This document shows positions 1-22,441 of a stretch of DNA of 64,000 bases, piece after piece. The DNA is from Seison nebaliae. Lineage: Eukaryota. The stretch lies in assembly GCA_023231475.1 (NCBI GenBank), contig JALJEE010000349.1, positions 62,001-126,000 on the forward strand. Direction: 5' to 3'. A program made the position numbers and the translations under genes. The notes below the pieces were generated by a model, which worked only from the letters and a program-made list of their open reading frames with translations, was not told the DNA's origin and did not search any database. The first letter of the stretch is position 1. Each line of letters begins with the position of its first letter.

Positions 1-1143
1 GCGTCCTTAAATTATGATATTGATTTGAAGGAATTGGCAAGTAAAGTCCACCAAATTAATTCAAGGAGTAATAATAATTTAAAAGATGAGAAAGAACATT
101 CGACGAGTGTGGATGTTAAAGAGAAAGGAAATCTGACGAAAGTTCGTTGTTGGTTGAATCGAACGATCGAGAACTCGTGGTCTACTCCTGCGTCGATTGT
201 TTATTCGGTTTTATTTCTACTTTTAGTTGCCACTTCGATTAGTGCATATGTCCTTTCAACACACAAATATTATATGAAGGCACATTATAACCAAACAGTG
301 AGTGGTGGTTGGATGACTTATATCAGAGACGTAGATTCGATTAACAGTTGTAAATATGATAGTTCATGTCAATTATATATTAGTAGGACGTTGATTGAAA
401 TGGATTTTTGGATACAAATATTATTCACGTTGGAATTGGTTCTCAGGATAATAATTTGTAAATCGCTGAAGAAATTTTTCAGTAATTTTTTCAATTGGAA
501 TGATATTTTATCCTTATTACCGTTTTATGTGGAATTGGGGATGATCATTCATATGGAACAAGAGATTATTTCATATTCATACTTATTAGAACAATTATGC
601 AAATATCCGTCCGTTATTACTTGGATGAACTTATTCCGAATACTTCGTGTTACTCGAATTTTAAAGTTATTGAAACATTTCTCCGATATCAAAGTTCTTT
701 ATTACACAGTCAAATCGAGTATAAAAGAATTATTTTTAATCAATATACTTATTGCTATTCTCACATTATTCTTTGGCTCTATCATGTATTTTGCTGAAGA
801 TAAAAAGAATTATCCGAGTCTTCCCGAATCACTTTGGTGGGCTCTAATAACCGCAACTACTGTCGGTTATGGGGATTTCGTACCCAAAACCTTTTTCGGA
901 TATGTAGTTGGAAGTGTCTGCGCGATCACCGGAATGTTAGTCGTCGCTTTTACCGTTCCGGTCGGTGTGAGTAATTTCACTTTGTTCTATGGCTACGCAC
1001 AATCTCGATTACAACATAAGAAGCGAATGAAGAAGCAGAAAGAGAATCTGAAGAAAATGGTAGCCCAAAAAAATAGAAAGAGAAAAATTCGGGTTGCTAA
1101 TTTGTTTGGAGCATTTAAATCGAAGAAAAGTTTAAGAAACTAA
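1..1143 (+). CDS. Voltage-gated K+ channel alpha subunit (Shaker superfamily, Shaw/Kv3-like); 5' end lies outside the window
   Basis: Frame is open from base 1. S4 segment FRILRVTRILKLLKH, pore WWALITATTVGYGD, S6 GMLVVAFTVPVGVSNF. No T1 domain or start codon in the window. Confidence 0.93.
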   Translation, partial: ASLNYDIDLKELASKVHQINSRSNNNLKDEKEHSTSVDVKEKGNLTKVRCWLNRTIENSWSTPASIVYSVLFLLLVATSISAYVLSTHKYYMKAHYNQTVSGGWMTYIRDVDSINSCKYDSSCQLYISRTLIEMDFWIQILFTLELVLRIIICKSLKKFFSNFFNWNDILSLLPFYVELGMIIHMEQEIISYSYLLEQLCKYPSVITWMNLFRILRVTRILKLLKHFSDIKVLYYTVKSSIKELFLINILIAILTLFFGSIMYFAEDKKNYPSLPESLWWALITATTVGYGDFVPKTFFGYVVGSVCAITGMLVVAFTVPVGVSNFTLFYGYAQSRLQHKKRMKKQKENLKKMVAQKNRKRKIRVANLFGAFKSKKSLRN

Positions 1144-2684
1144 TTAACATTTGCTTTTTACATTCCCTTGCATAATGACATCTTCACTTTCAATTACTTA
1201 TCAAATAAAATATTTTATTCTTCCTAACCATCCGTCCATTAGTGGTACGAAGTGGTCATTCCTTAGTACTTCTAACAGTCTTTTCACATTTAATTGAGAA
1301 AGAATGAACATAGTTTCAATTTGACTCTTAATTGTCACAGGAACGCAAGGATAATTTTTTAGTTCAATGTCAATTTATTATTATTCTCAACATTCTTCTT
1401 TCTTCTGATATTTTAGTCTGTCTGATGAGACATCCACTACATATACTATCACTAAGATACTAGTTGGAGAGATGATGGAACTGCATGAATGATAAGAACT
1501 ATCAACTTCCCCCTAAATAGCAGATGTTGCGAACGTAATTTCTTTTTGAATCTCTTCTCCTATGCAATCTTATGAACATAGATGTCACTCTTGAAAAATT
1601 TTTCCAATGTTTAAATTTATTTACTGATATACATGAGAAAATATTGCCTGAACAATTTCATTATTTTCAAACAAATTTCATTTTTTTCATCGGTATAAAT
1701 TCTCTCATATCAAATGTTTGGACTCAAATCATAATCGTTACCTTAAGAAAATAAGCATTTTCTTTTTTATCATCATCATTGCCATCATTACAATTCTATA
1801 CAACTAGAAAAGTTTTAACAATAACTTTATATTTCTTTTAATATTCAAGGTCTCTCACTCTTTCTCTCATAATGACAACGTCATAGGAGTTTCCTATCAT
1901 AGGACAAACATGAACGGATTTTTTCGTTAAATGTATACATGATCTAATGTTTCCGTTCGATTCACTATCTATAAAATTTATTTTACTTTTTCCCATGTCA
2001 ATCGGATGAAAGTTATGAAAAACTCTAAATTTTCAGTCATTTCGAACTAGTTCCAAAAAAAAAATTAAGTTTTCATTCGAAGAATTTGTTTCATTAAAAC
2101 TATCTGTTTTCTTCTTGACAATTATCTAGAGAAGATTTCTTTCTTACAATTATGTGTCATTGTTCGAAAAAAGAAGATTATTATGAGGGAGTTAATAGTT
2201 ATCTATTAATGAATCATCATTATCTATTCACTGATATAAATTTATTTCGTTTTGTCTCAAAGTATAACGCATGTCGCTTGATTACGGTGTTGGGGAAAAA
2301 GATTGTTCAATGTTATTTCTTCATCGTTAAACAGATTTGTTTGAAGTGATTTTAATTCCTTATCGGCATTGGAAAACTTAACGTACATGTTACTTACATT
2401 AAATGTTTGTTAATTCCTTTCAAACTTTTTGTTCGTACTACGAAATTCTTTCGAATGATCTTGTTAACTGATTATGAATAATTTACACTCTACATTTGAT
2501 GAAGTCCTATTAGAAACAATATTATTATTATTATTTTTTCTTTTGTCAGAATTTTTTTAAATTAATGAATGACTCATTTATTATTAATCGATCGATTTCC
2601 GATATATATGTATATATTCCGTTTCCAATTTAATTTACAGATATAAATAATGGAACATTTCTAAAAGGAAATTGACGGTAAAAT

Positions 2685-12844
<10,160 letters not shown>

Positions 12845-13703
12845 TATTGGAACGAAAAACTTCATCATTCTTCTTATTTTGAAACATTGAAACTTGGAGT
12901 TATCAATTACACATCTTATTTATTGGGTAAAGGTAACTTATTACTTACTAAAATTTATTTTTCCATTAAACTAATAAACCTTAGATTTTCTTATAAAACA
13001 TTACATCATAAAGTTACTAAACATATATGATATTGTTCAATATTAAACGTCTAAAAAGTTTCCAAATAGTTCGGAACTATAACTCGAATCTTCCTAACTT
13101 TCTGAACTGCTTACCGAGCATTGCTCAGATTCGACTTTCTAAAGGACTAAAATGGGCTTCATTATTAATTTTTTTTCCTTTTTTCATTCCTTACGTTTTT
13201 CTTTTAAAAAAATGTTAGTAAAACGAGTAAAACATATATCTGGCGAATGAGAATGTCTATTTAAAGAGGAGTGAAGAGAAATTCATTTCGGCATTTCGCA
13301 ACCCTTCCACTACTGTACATGTACCAACTGGCTTGATTCAATACGCCATACTGGCTAACCAACCGGAAATTCCCATATTTGAATTTGAGTTATTTATAAT
13401 TATTAATAACCTAACCGTAGCATACAAAAATTCTGCTTCTAACGTTATATCAACGTTAATATAAGAAGGAACATCTACGGCTAACTTACACAATGTTACG
13501 TTGCAATAACCTAAATTCAAACACAAAAATATACAACGAAGCAACTTTTTATGTGCTTTCTGGATAAAATTGATTTGTCGTAACATAAGGAGAAAAAAAA
13601 TAAATGAATATAATTACAGACCATATACAGATGGTTTGTGTAGGGCAAATTTTCCAGAAGTTTAATTATGTTGGATAAGGAAATATAAAAACCTCTTTAT
13701 TAT

Positions 13704-15625
13704 TTTTTTCTTAATTTTTTTTTTATTTATTTATTTATTTATTTACGAAGAAAGGGGAAAAAGCAAATAAAAAGAAAGTAAAAGACCAATGTCGGGCGGA
13801 GTTGCGAAAAATCCGCTAACATAAAAAAAACAAACAAATTATGGAAAAGCAAAAGAAAATATAAAAAAAAGTAAATTCCCATACAGGGACAATTCAAGTC
13901 TCACTCTCGAGGAGAATCCTCAGGGCGCTTGGTTGGTTGTTCTCTATCAAGGTCTTGGCAGATTGCAGGGTAGGTACCTGTTCTTCACGTAACCGCGACG
14001 ATGATGAAAACGAAAAGATGAAGTCACGAAATTCCGTTGATAGAGGTGTGTGTGATATGCAGTAGTATTCGATTGTGTGTGAGAAAACCGAATATTTCGA
14101 TGTCAATGATCGTTGAATGAGAGTGAGTATATGGGGAAAGAATCCCGATGACGAGAAGTTGTCAATGGCGCGGAAAAATCGACAATATGTAATGGGAAAT
14201 GGAAGAAATTCGGTGACGGAGAAAGTCAGATTTCGATTGATTCTCCTGAAACACCCTATGAGGCGACGGATGATGTTGTTGTATGTTAAGTCCATTCTGG
14301 AGAATGAGTTGTTGGAGACGAAAAATAGCGAGTCCAGTTCGTATAATGGAAAAACGAGTGAGGAGAAAACACGCAAACGAATATCGAATGGAAGATGTTT
14401 CGATCGTGTTGAGAATGAGAAAGAGGCTCGAACGAATTTGTTCCTAATATGATCGAGTGAAGTTGATGCTACCATTTTGGAGTCTAAGAAGACACCGAGG
14501 AACGTATGACCTTGCGCTGGAAAAGAGGAAGTTGGGAATTTCCTCAGCACAGAGTGACTTATGGAAAGGACGACAGTCTTCGTCGGATTGATTTTGATGG
14601 AAACTTCAGCCAGGAGAACCTGTGCTTTTTCACAAATTTGGTTGAGTTGTCGAGGAGAAGTGGAAAAAATTAAGATGTCGTCGGCATAGGCTAATGCGGC
14701 TGGAAATTGAGTACCGTTGATTTTGATGGTGTAAAGTTCGTTTAACTGAAGAATGACAGTCAAGAGTGAGTCCGAACAGTCAAGGACCAAGAATAGACCC
14801 TTGTCTGACACCATTATTGGCGGGGAACGGATATCCAAGTGTATGATCCAGTGACACAGAGACGGTGGAGGAAAAACATAAATGGCGCCACAAACGTTAC
14901 ACCATTTCTGGTGTGTTTCGTGCGGCCAGAGAAGAGATGGCAGGTAAAACGTCGATAGAATCAAAAGCTTTAGATGCGTCTAAAAATAACGCATGTAATT
15001 GCGAATGATGTGCTCGAGCTTCGAGCAATAGAGAATGATAGATCATGAGAATCGGATGGACTCCGCGATCGACTGCTCTATATGCGAATTGATGTGCTGA
15101 GGAAAATAAACTCGTCTTATATCGATTATATTATACTATTATACGAATTCAAATCATTCGGATCGTTGGAAAGGTTTCTTCAATAGAGGAATTGCTCTAA
15201 AATGGAACCAATCCGTGGGAAACACGCCATTATTGAAAGCTTGATTAACAGATTCAAGAAGAATTGGCGACAGCTGATCTTCGTAGCGTTGGACAAGTTT
15301 CGGACAGATCCCGTCGATGCCGTGCGCTTTGTTGATTCCAGTGGAGTTGATTGCATTGGAAATATCTCTAATCGTGAACATATCAGAACTTGTCATGCAG
15401 TCGGGAATTTGGGTTGAATGATTGGAATCAGTTTCCATCTGTGAACGGAAATGTGATGAGAATTGAGATATGGAAGGACGATCTTGCGAATCGGTGTTCG
15501 ATCTGGCGGGACGAAGACGTGTCCAGATGGTCGACTGGTTCGGAGATGAGAGAAGAGATTTCGCTGATTTCATTTCGGAATATCTGTCTATAACCACAGG
15601 CAGTACCGTCGACTGCACCAGAGCG
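13704..15625 (-). mobile_element. 5'-truncated, degenerate non-LTR (LINE) retrotransposon, reverse transcriptase region
   Basis: Minus-strand motifs KAHGIDGI, IPLLKK, HQFAYR, LFLDASKAFDSID, GVRQGSILGP, LAYADDI and FLGVFLD, split by frameshifts and stops. A (TAAA)n/poly-A tail lies at ~13704-13745. GC content is higher than the flanks. Confidence 0.92.
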
Positions 15626-16056
15626 ATAGTTTTACTACCCCATTTTTAGAAGTTTCGACATTAAGACTATCGAATTTGACGATTGTTCTGGTTCGAATCA
15701 TGTTTAAAATTATTTTATTAGAAATAAGTGATCAGTAAACAAGAAAAAACAATAATTATCACTTATTTCTAATAAAACAATAATTAGTAATTATTTACAT
15801 TCTAATTTCATTAAGATAATAATAAATTTTTATAACTAGTTGTTGTTATTATTCTAATACCTAAATCTTCACAAAAGAATAATAGAGTAGATTTACCTAA
15901 TGGGAACAAAGGCGAGAGAGGTCTCCAAGTTCTACAGGAGTAAAAGTATCTGACAAAATCGAATAATTTTTAAATTGACTCTAGTTGAAATTGAAAGAGA
16001 CAAGTGAAAAGATGTGAATTGATAATGTTTTTATTTAGTACATTGCATAAAGTGAA

Positions 16057-17831
16057 TTATTCATCAGTAGTAGCTGTCGGTGCATTAATTAATTGAACAT
16101 AATTGGACAGTTGCAGAATTTCGTTGTCGGATAAAATGGAGGAAGAAGAGAGTTCGAACCATGCTTCGTGCCACAAACCGGGTCGCGCTAATATCGCTCT
16201 CCATTGCTGTAGTTCGAGGCCTCTGGCAGCAGCACCAATATAAATGATTCCAATCAAATCCTTTTTCGCTATATCTTTATCCCAAACCGAAACTTCAAGT
16301 GTTTTTTTTGCCATTTGTTCGGGTGAGGCGAATGAGAAGGAGAACTCCTGAAAAAAGAATTAGTATTTTGTGTGGAGACTTGTGGTGGAACTTCGTTAAA
16401 TTCAGGATTGAGAGTTTTCTTTTTGACGTTCGTTCGAAAAGATTGAGATTTCCTTGTCTTTTTATCAGTTGCTGGTGGTCGGATAGTCCTAAAGAAGATA
16501 ATATTTAATTTTCAAATTTTCTTAGTTTAAAATTAACAATCGGACATATGGATCTGAGCTTTGTGTGTGGAAATCTTTCACCAACAATCTCGTACATCGA
16601 ATCACCTTCACCAACAAGGTGACACTCTTGTCATTCTCCTTTTTGTTCGTGCATCGATATTTAAACGCCAGAAAAACTCGTCCAACCACTTTACTAGATT
16701 CGAGATTATCTTTCTCATCTCGCGATTCTTCCTGAAACATATCATTAAATAGGAGAAGAGAGAAGAATAAATCTCTTTAACTGGTTGCAAGAAGAGATTG
16801 AATTTGTATAAGGAATTGTATTGAATTAATCGAAGAGGAACACAAATTTCTCCAATAAAATCAGATTTTATTCGATCCTCATCCCAAACAGCGACACGCA
16901 ACGTCCGCTCCATCATATCTTTCTCGTTCGTTCCTTTGTAACAGAGGATCTGATCGAATTTTGGATTTAATGTTCGTTGAATGGTTTTCGATCGTAATTT
17001 ATTCGACTGTTAATTTATTCAAATTTAATTTAAATTTAATTAACTTAAGATAAATAATAAACTTTGGTGGCATGTGGGAGGAGATGTAATTTTACATATG
17101 GATCGGCAAAACCATTTAAATCCATCGAAGGAAGATTGGATGCAGATGACAAATGGATATAAAGACACATCGATTTTGATGTGTATTTCAAACTGAATTC
17201 GATGTAACCCAAATTATTTTGTTTCGTACCGGTCAATCCTTGATTATTGATATTATTGATAATATAAGAAAGTTTCAATCTAGCTGACTCGTCTTCCAAT
17301 TGGGGACCGTTGACGAAATCAACCAGAAATTCACCGTTCCCTCGAACAAAATCATTGAGAGATGTATCTAAATGTGCCGGCTGTTCCGAGAATGGCTGAG
17401 CTAGGCTTTCAGCGTCTATGATCGAAGTAATTGATCGATGACTAATTTGGGAAGTGTTGGGCGATTGAAGACCGGTTTCTACATTTCCATCATCTGGTCG
17501 AGAAAGGAGAAGAGAAGAATGTTTATGTTTGACACAGTAGGATATGTGAGGGCAGAGAATTTGCTGATTAATCATAAGAGTGGTAAGAGATTACAAAGCT
17601 AAAGAATCTCTCGATTGTGGAGAGAAATGAAGAGAAGATCAAGACAATAATTTGAAGAAAGATTTGTGGTTGTGCAGGCAAATTGAAGCAGGTTTTGTGC
17701 ATTTCATCAATATTATGGCAAGACGTCATTTTTTGTAAGAAAAAGTTTAAGAAGAACTCACAGTGAGCAAAAGAAGAAGATACGTTAAGATAAATTTATC
17801 ATACATCCACCATTCATGAATAGATTGCGGA

Positions 17832-17862
<31 letters not shown>

Positions 17863-20800
17863 TTGAAGATGAAGATGAATAAGAGAGATGAATAAAAGAA
17901 TACAAAACATGATGTTAATTACCAACAATTCATAGTTCAAGAAGATTTTGACAGAATTCAGTGGTAAATGACAAGAAGAAAGCAATGAACTTCTAATAAG
18001 ATTAACTGGTGGGAGAGAACGAGTCATTCACAAACAGAGTGATAACCACAACAGATGATCAACATATGTCGATCAATGAGAATACTTTCATTTAATTCAT
18101 TTTTCATTATCAATTTATAGAATGGAAGAAAAGATAATTTTTACATTTAATTCGAGAAATATCATTAATTTCTCTAATAATCGATCACTACTTCTGATTT
18201 GTCTTCTGAAATTGAACCGAATAATTGTGACTGATCGAATTGTTGTTAAGGAAGAAAGAAAATGATCGTTAATGATCGTGTTAATGATCGTTACATGAGA
18301 GAGTAATATGGGAAATGATGTGAGAATTCGAATTGTTGATGATGATCGGACATTGAGAATGAAGATCAATCACAATCACCACAAAATTGAAAGAAGAGGA
18401 AATTCAAGAAGATCAAATATATAAAGAGTGCATTAGATGAGTTTGAATGCATTTAAAACGTTACCAGACTTTCTTTCTTTATCATATCGATTCTTCAAGT
18501 AATTTATTCGACTGTACAATACATTCTTCACACGACTCCGTTTCTTCGTCGAATTCTTCTCTCTCATCTCATTCATCGATAAATCGATATTCGATTTGAA
18601 TAAGGTTTCGGGCGAATCGATGATGGTGCTCTGTGTTAATCTCGTATCAGTTCCCGTATCTGTCGAATAAGCGGTCGTCGTCTGATATGGTTCGTTCGAT
18701 GTTAAGAAGGAACTCGTTTGTAAATTTGTTGTAGAATTCATTTCCGTTGTATAATGAATTGGTAAGGAAACGGTATATTTGCTCCGATTCGCAATAGATA
18801 AAGTATCGTTATTGAATTCTTGTAATTCTGGTGGTTCGATGATGTTCAACGGTGTTGGCAAATCAGAAATGAATGACTTACCATCTATATCTCGTCGTTG
18901 TTGAAGCATTGATTTCCGTGAATCAATCGAGAATCGAGATTGAATTTCTTCTGGTTTACTACCAGTTTTTGTGGTGAAGTATTTGATGATTTTATGTTTG
19001 ACTGATTTCGATTTCCTTTTACGAATATCACTTCTATCGGACATCGAAGTATTGATGATGGCGGAGAGACCAGCAGTAGATGATCCATCCATCGTCGAAT
19101 ATTTTGATGAGTTCCAATTGGAATTGATGCCACTACTACTAAGAATGGATGAATCGTTATCATTCGAATGACAATTGTTGGGATATTTGGAAGGAGAGAT
19201 TCGATGATTTAATTCATTCTCTTTCCATTTCTTCGGGATGAGAACGGTGGGCATATAAGCGGAAAGTAAGGAAACATTTGATGATTTCCGTTCACGTTTT
19301 CCTTCATTCTCACTATTCAATGCTAGACAAGTGGCACTTTTACTTATGGAATTGATATTCGTTTTGGCCGATAGGAAATTATTCACTTTACTATCACTCT
19401 GTTTCCGGTACGGATGGGAGACGTATGGTTTTGCATTAAATAAAGTTTCAGAAAAGGCAATCGAATGTTTATGATAATGATTGGAATCAGTCGGATGTTC
19501 AAAATTGCCACCATTACGACTGATGGTTGTAGTGAGGGTAGTGGGACTTGGACAATTGTCATTCGGATAAGAAAAAGAATTGTTTGATCGAAATATTTGT
19601 AGACTATTCTTATTACTGTTGGGCGATGATTCGAGTGACGCCACAGTTTGTTGCTCACTATAAACATTATCAATAGATGCAGTGGCGAATGCTTTCGGAT
19701 CTGATGGTGACAAGAAGGATGTCAAACTGATTTGTCCATTTCTCGATAACATCTCTTTATATTCCTCTTCGATCATTTGCTCGTTAATTCGTTGGGTTGC
19801 CAATTGTTTATCATCTGTTTCACGAAAACTATCGTCTAACTGTTTACACAATTTTATTTTATTCCTTCTATACTGTCTCGCTTTCATGATGATATTGACG
19901 AAAGTGGAAAGTTTTGGTGAGGTAACGGAAGATAAGGAGGACGCCTTCTCCTTGCTAATACAAGTCCGTTCTTTTTCAAGTTGATCGACAGATTTGTTCA
20001 CAAAACTTTTCCGACGTGTACCAAATGATTCTGAGTGATGGTTTTCAAATTATGTTGGGGTGGTTGAAGGAGAAAAAAATGGAATGAGAATGAATTAAAT
20101 GCAACACGTCAAATGAACATATGCGGCGGGAGGCAGAATGAAACATTAATTTTCTTCTCATTTATCAACAATTCAGTCGTCATTGTAAAATATACATCTC
20201 ACAAAATCCATCGATCACTTATTAAGAAATGTTTCGGTTCATACTCGAAGTCTTTCTTCACTTCATCTGACCAATATGAGATCCAGTGAACATGAAGGCA
20301 ATAATTGGCAAACAGTTAAAAAAAGAAAGTGGAAGAGATGATTGTGGAGAATGAATGGAGAGGATATAGCACAAGAGTAAATGGGCACAAAGTGGATATA
20401 AATGATCGCGCTCAATAACCGTTATAATAAGCGCTCCACATTTTACACTTTTTAGTCTTCCCTTATGAAAGAAAGACATTATATCATATTTTTTTATGTT
20501 CTTATTATTTTATCCTTTTTATGGAATCTCTTCCTTTTCGTTATCCATTCCGAAAACTACTCATCGTCGCGAGAACTGGGTGAAGCGATAAGCAATGGAA
20601 ATATTCTCATATCTCCCTCTCTCGCAGTTGAGAGAGAGAAAGACAGAGACTTGGTGGGATATATGAATGTGGATTTGAATGAGGTAGAATATGACGAATT
20701 CACATACTCAATATGAGAGTTTGGAGAAAGCAACTGGTGAATTGGTGGCAAAGAAACGACGCGACGAATAAGAATTACGAAATACAAACCTTTCTTTAAC

Positions 20801-22441
20801 ATTACTCCTTCACTTTCTTTATCGTTCATCGACGATATGTTCACTGATAGAGGGAGAGAGGAGAAATATAACGTTATCAAAATAGAATATAAGAACTAGG
20901 AATTATGGACGAATTGATACGAGTCAAATTACCGATACTTGTTGAGAGGATAGCGTCATGGTCCAAATGATGGGAAATTTTCTTCTCAAGATCATGAACT
21001 GAAGATAGACCTCGATCGAATGAATTTGATGTCGAATGAGAAATTGAACGACGTTGTGTCGAATGTTTTTTTGCTAGTTGAATCGATGTGGGCAGAATAT
21101 GAGTTGGGGAAGTTTCCTTCTTGCGTTTCGAATTATCCTCTGATGACGCCGAATGATTATTATCAACTTCATCGTCACTGTCACTAGTGTAACTGCTGGA
21201 AGAGGAAGAGAATGATTCATCGGAATCTGATTCAGATATTGAAGATGATTTCGTTGCATTTAATTTGTTGTAGAATTTTGGGCCTTTTTCCTTAGGCAAA
21301 TTATTTCTCTCATTCTCAACTCGACTCTTCGTCACCGGCGTTTCATCGAAAGGTGTCGATTCTATGAAGAAAAGTAGTGCAGACAATAATTAACAATTAT
21401 CATTCTAACGATTCAGATAATGATCAATTATTTCAGGATCACAATTAAAGAACCATGCTCCACTTTTCTTCCGCATCTTTACAATTTTATAGAGAAGATA
21501 AGAAAACTTAATAGAATTCAACTTCTCTCATCTCGTTACAAATTCGGCAAATTGTTAAAGAATTTGATTGGAATGGATTAAATGATTTCGTTGTTGTTGT
21601 TGTTTGCGATGGTGGTGGTGATGGTGTTGATGAGGACATTGAAGCGTTTCTTGACGATTTATATATATTTTCTTGAAAGAGATTCATATTGTTGTTATTG
21701 TTGCTGTTAATTGTAACTTTGACAATACAAGAGGAACATGTCAACTTTGAAATGAACATAGAATTATGGTAAATAAAGAAATAAAAAAGAACTTTTTGAC
21801 AATCCGAACATCGATATTGGAATATGGCAAATAAACGGAATGAGTATCCACAAATTATACAATTGGTTATTCCATCGCCCAATTTATTCTTCTTCAATTC
21901 ACTTAAACTATTCAATAAAATTGTTATACGTGAATTCTCTTGAATACGCGTCTGCTTCGCTCTACCCAATACCTGATTAATTGATAATAATGGAATAATG
22001 ATAATGATGATGACAATGGAATAAGAGATATGGAATACCAACATTTCTTATCACACTCAATTCTTCTTCGCTAATACCATACAGCATTGGTGTCGTTTCG
22101 TTCCCTACAATATTACTTTCGTATCGTTTCATTCCACTGATGAGTTGAGCAGAACGGAATGACCATCCTGAATTGAGACTAGAAAGAATGAATTAATTTC
22201 ATAATTAATTTCCTAAGTGAGTGTCATTGTCGAATATAAGTCTCACTAATTCGACGGGGATGAGGAGAAGTTGAAGGGAAATAGTTTTAAAGTAAAAAAG
22301 AAGAATATGACGGCACGTTTTATGGTTCGAATAAGATATACCAAACCGAGCTTTCAAAACTAAGACTCGATCACTGGGACACGTATAACTGTCCTCAACG
22401 ACAAGAGTTTGCCCATCACTAGTTGTTCTGTCTTCGGCCAT
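16057..22441 (-). CDS. RPH3A: Rabphilin-3A-like Rab effector (Rab-binding Zn-finger domain plus tandem C2A/C2B)
   Basis: ATG 22441. YTCPSDRVLVLKAR...SGWS, Cys pairs CIIC/CSDC/CSSC/CRIC, then KKSGAWFF (SGAWFF Rab-binding motif). C2A MDLNGFADPYVKLHLLP...WDED and C2B SDPYV...KTLNPEFNEEF...VWDKD. About 11 introns. Confidence 0.9.
17832..17860. repeat. (GA)n microsatellite
   Basis: Run of ga dinucleotides with one interruption. Confidence 0.85.
18433..20030 (-). CDS. ~530-codon Ser/Thr/Asn-rich ORF, probably an alternative terminal exon of the rabphilin gene
   Basis: Same strand, inside the 17494-20789 intron. It is preceded by the acceptor catcactcag| in phase 1, which matches the donor at 20789. 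No ATG at its 5' end. Confidence 0.7.

Noticed and set aside
13230..13600. Short open frames on both strands next to the LINE tail
   Set aside because: No recognisable motif, start or splice structure. It may be a relic but I cannot support that.
13690..15660. Target-site duplication around the LINE
   Set aside because: No convincing direct repeat found by eye.
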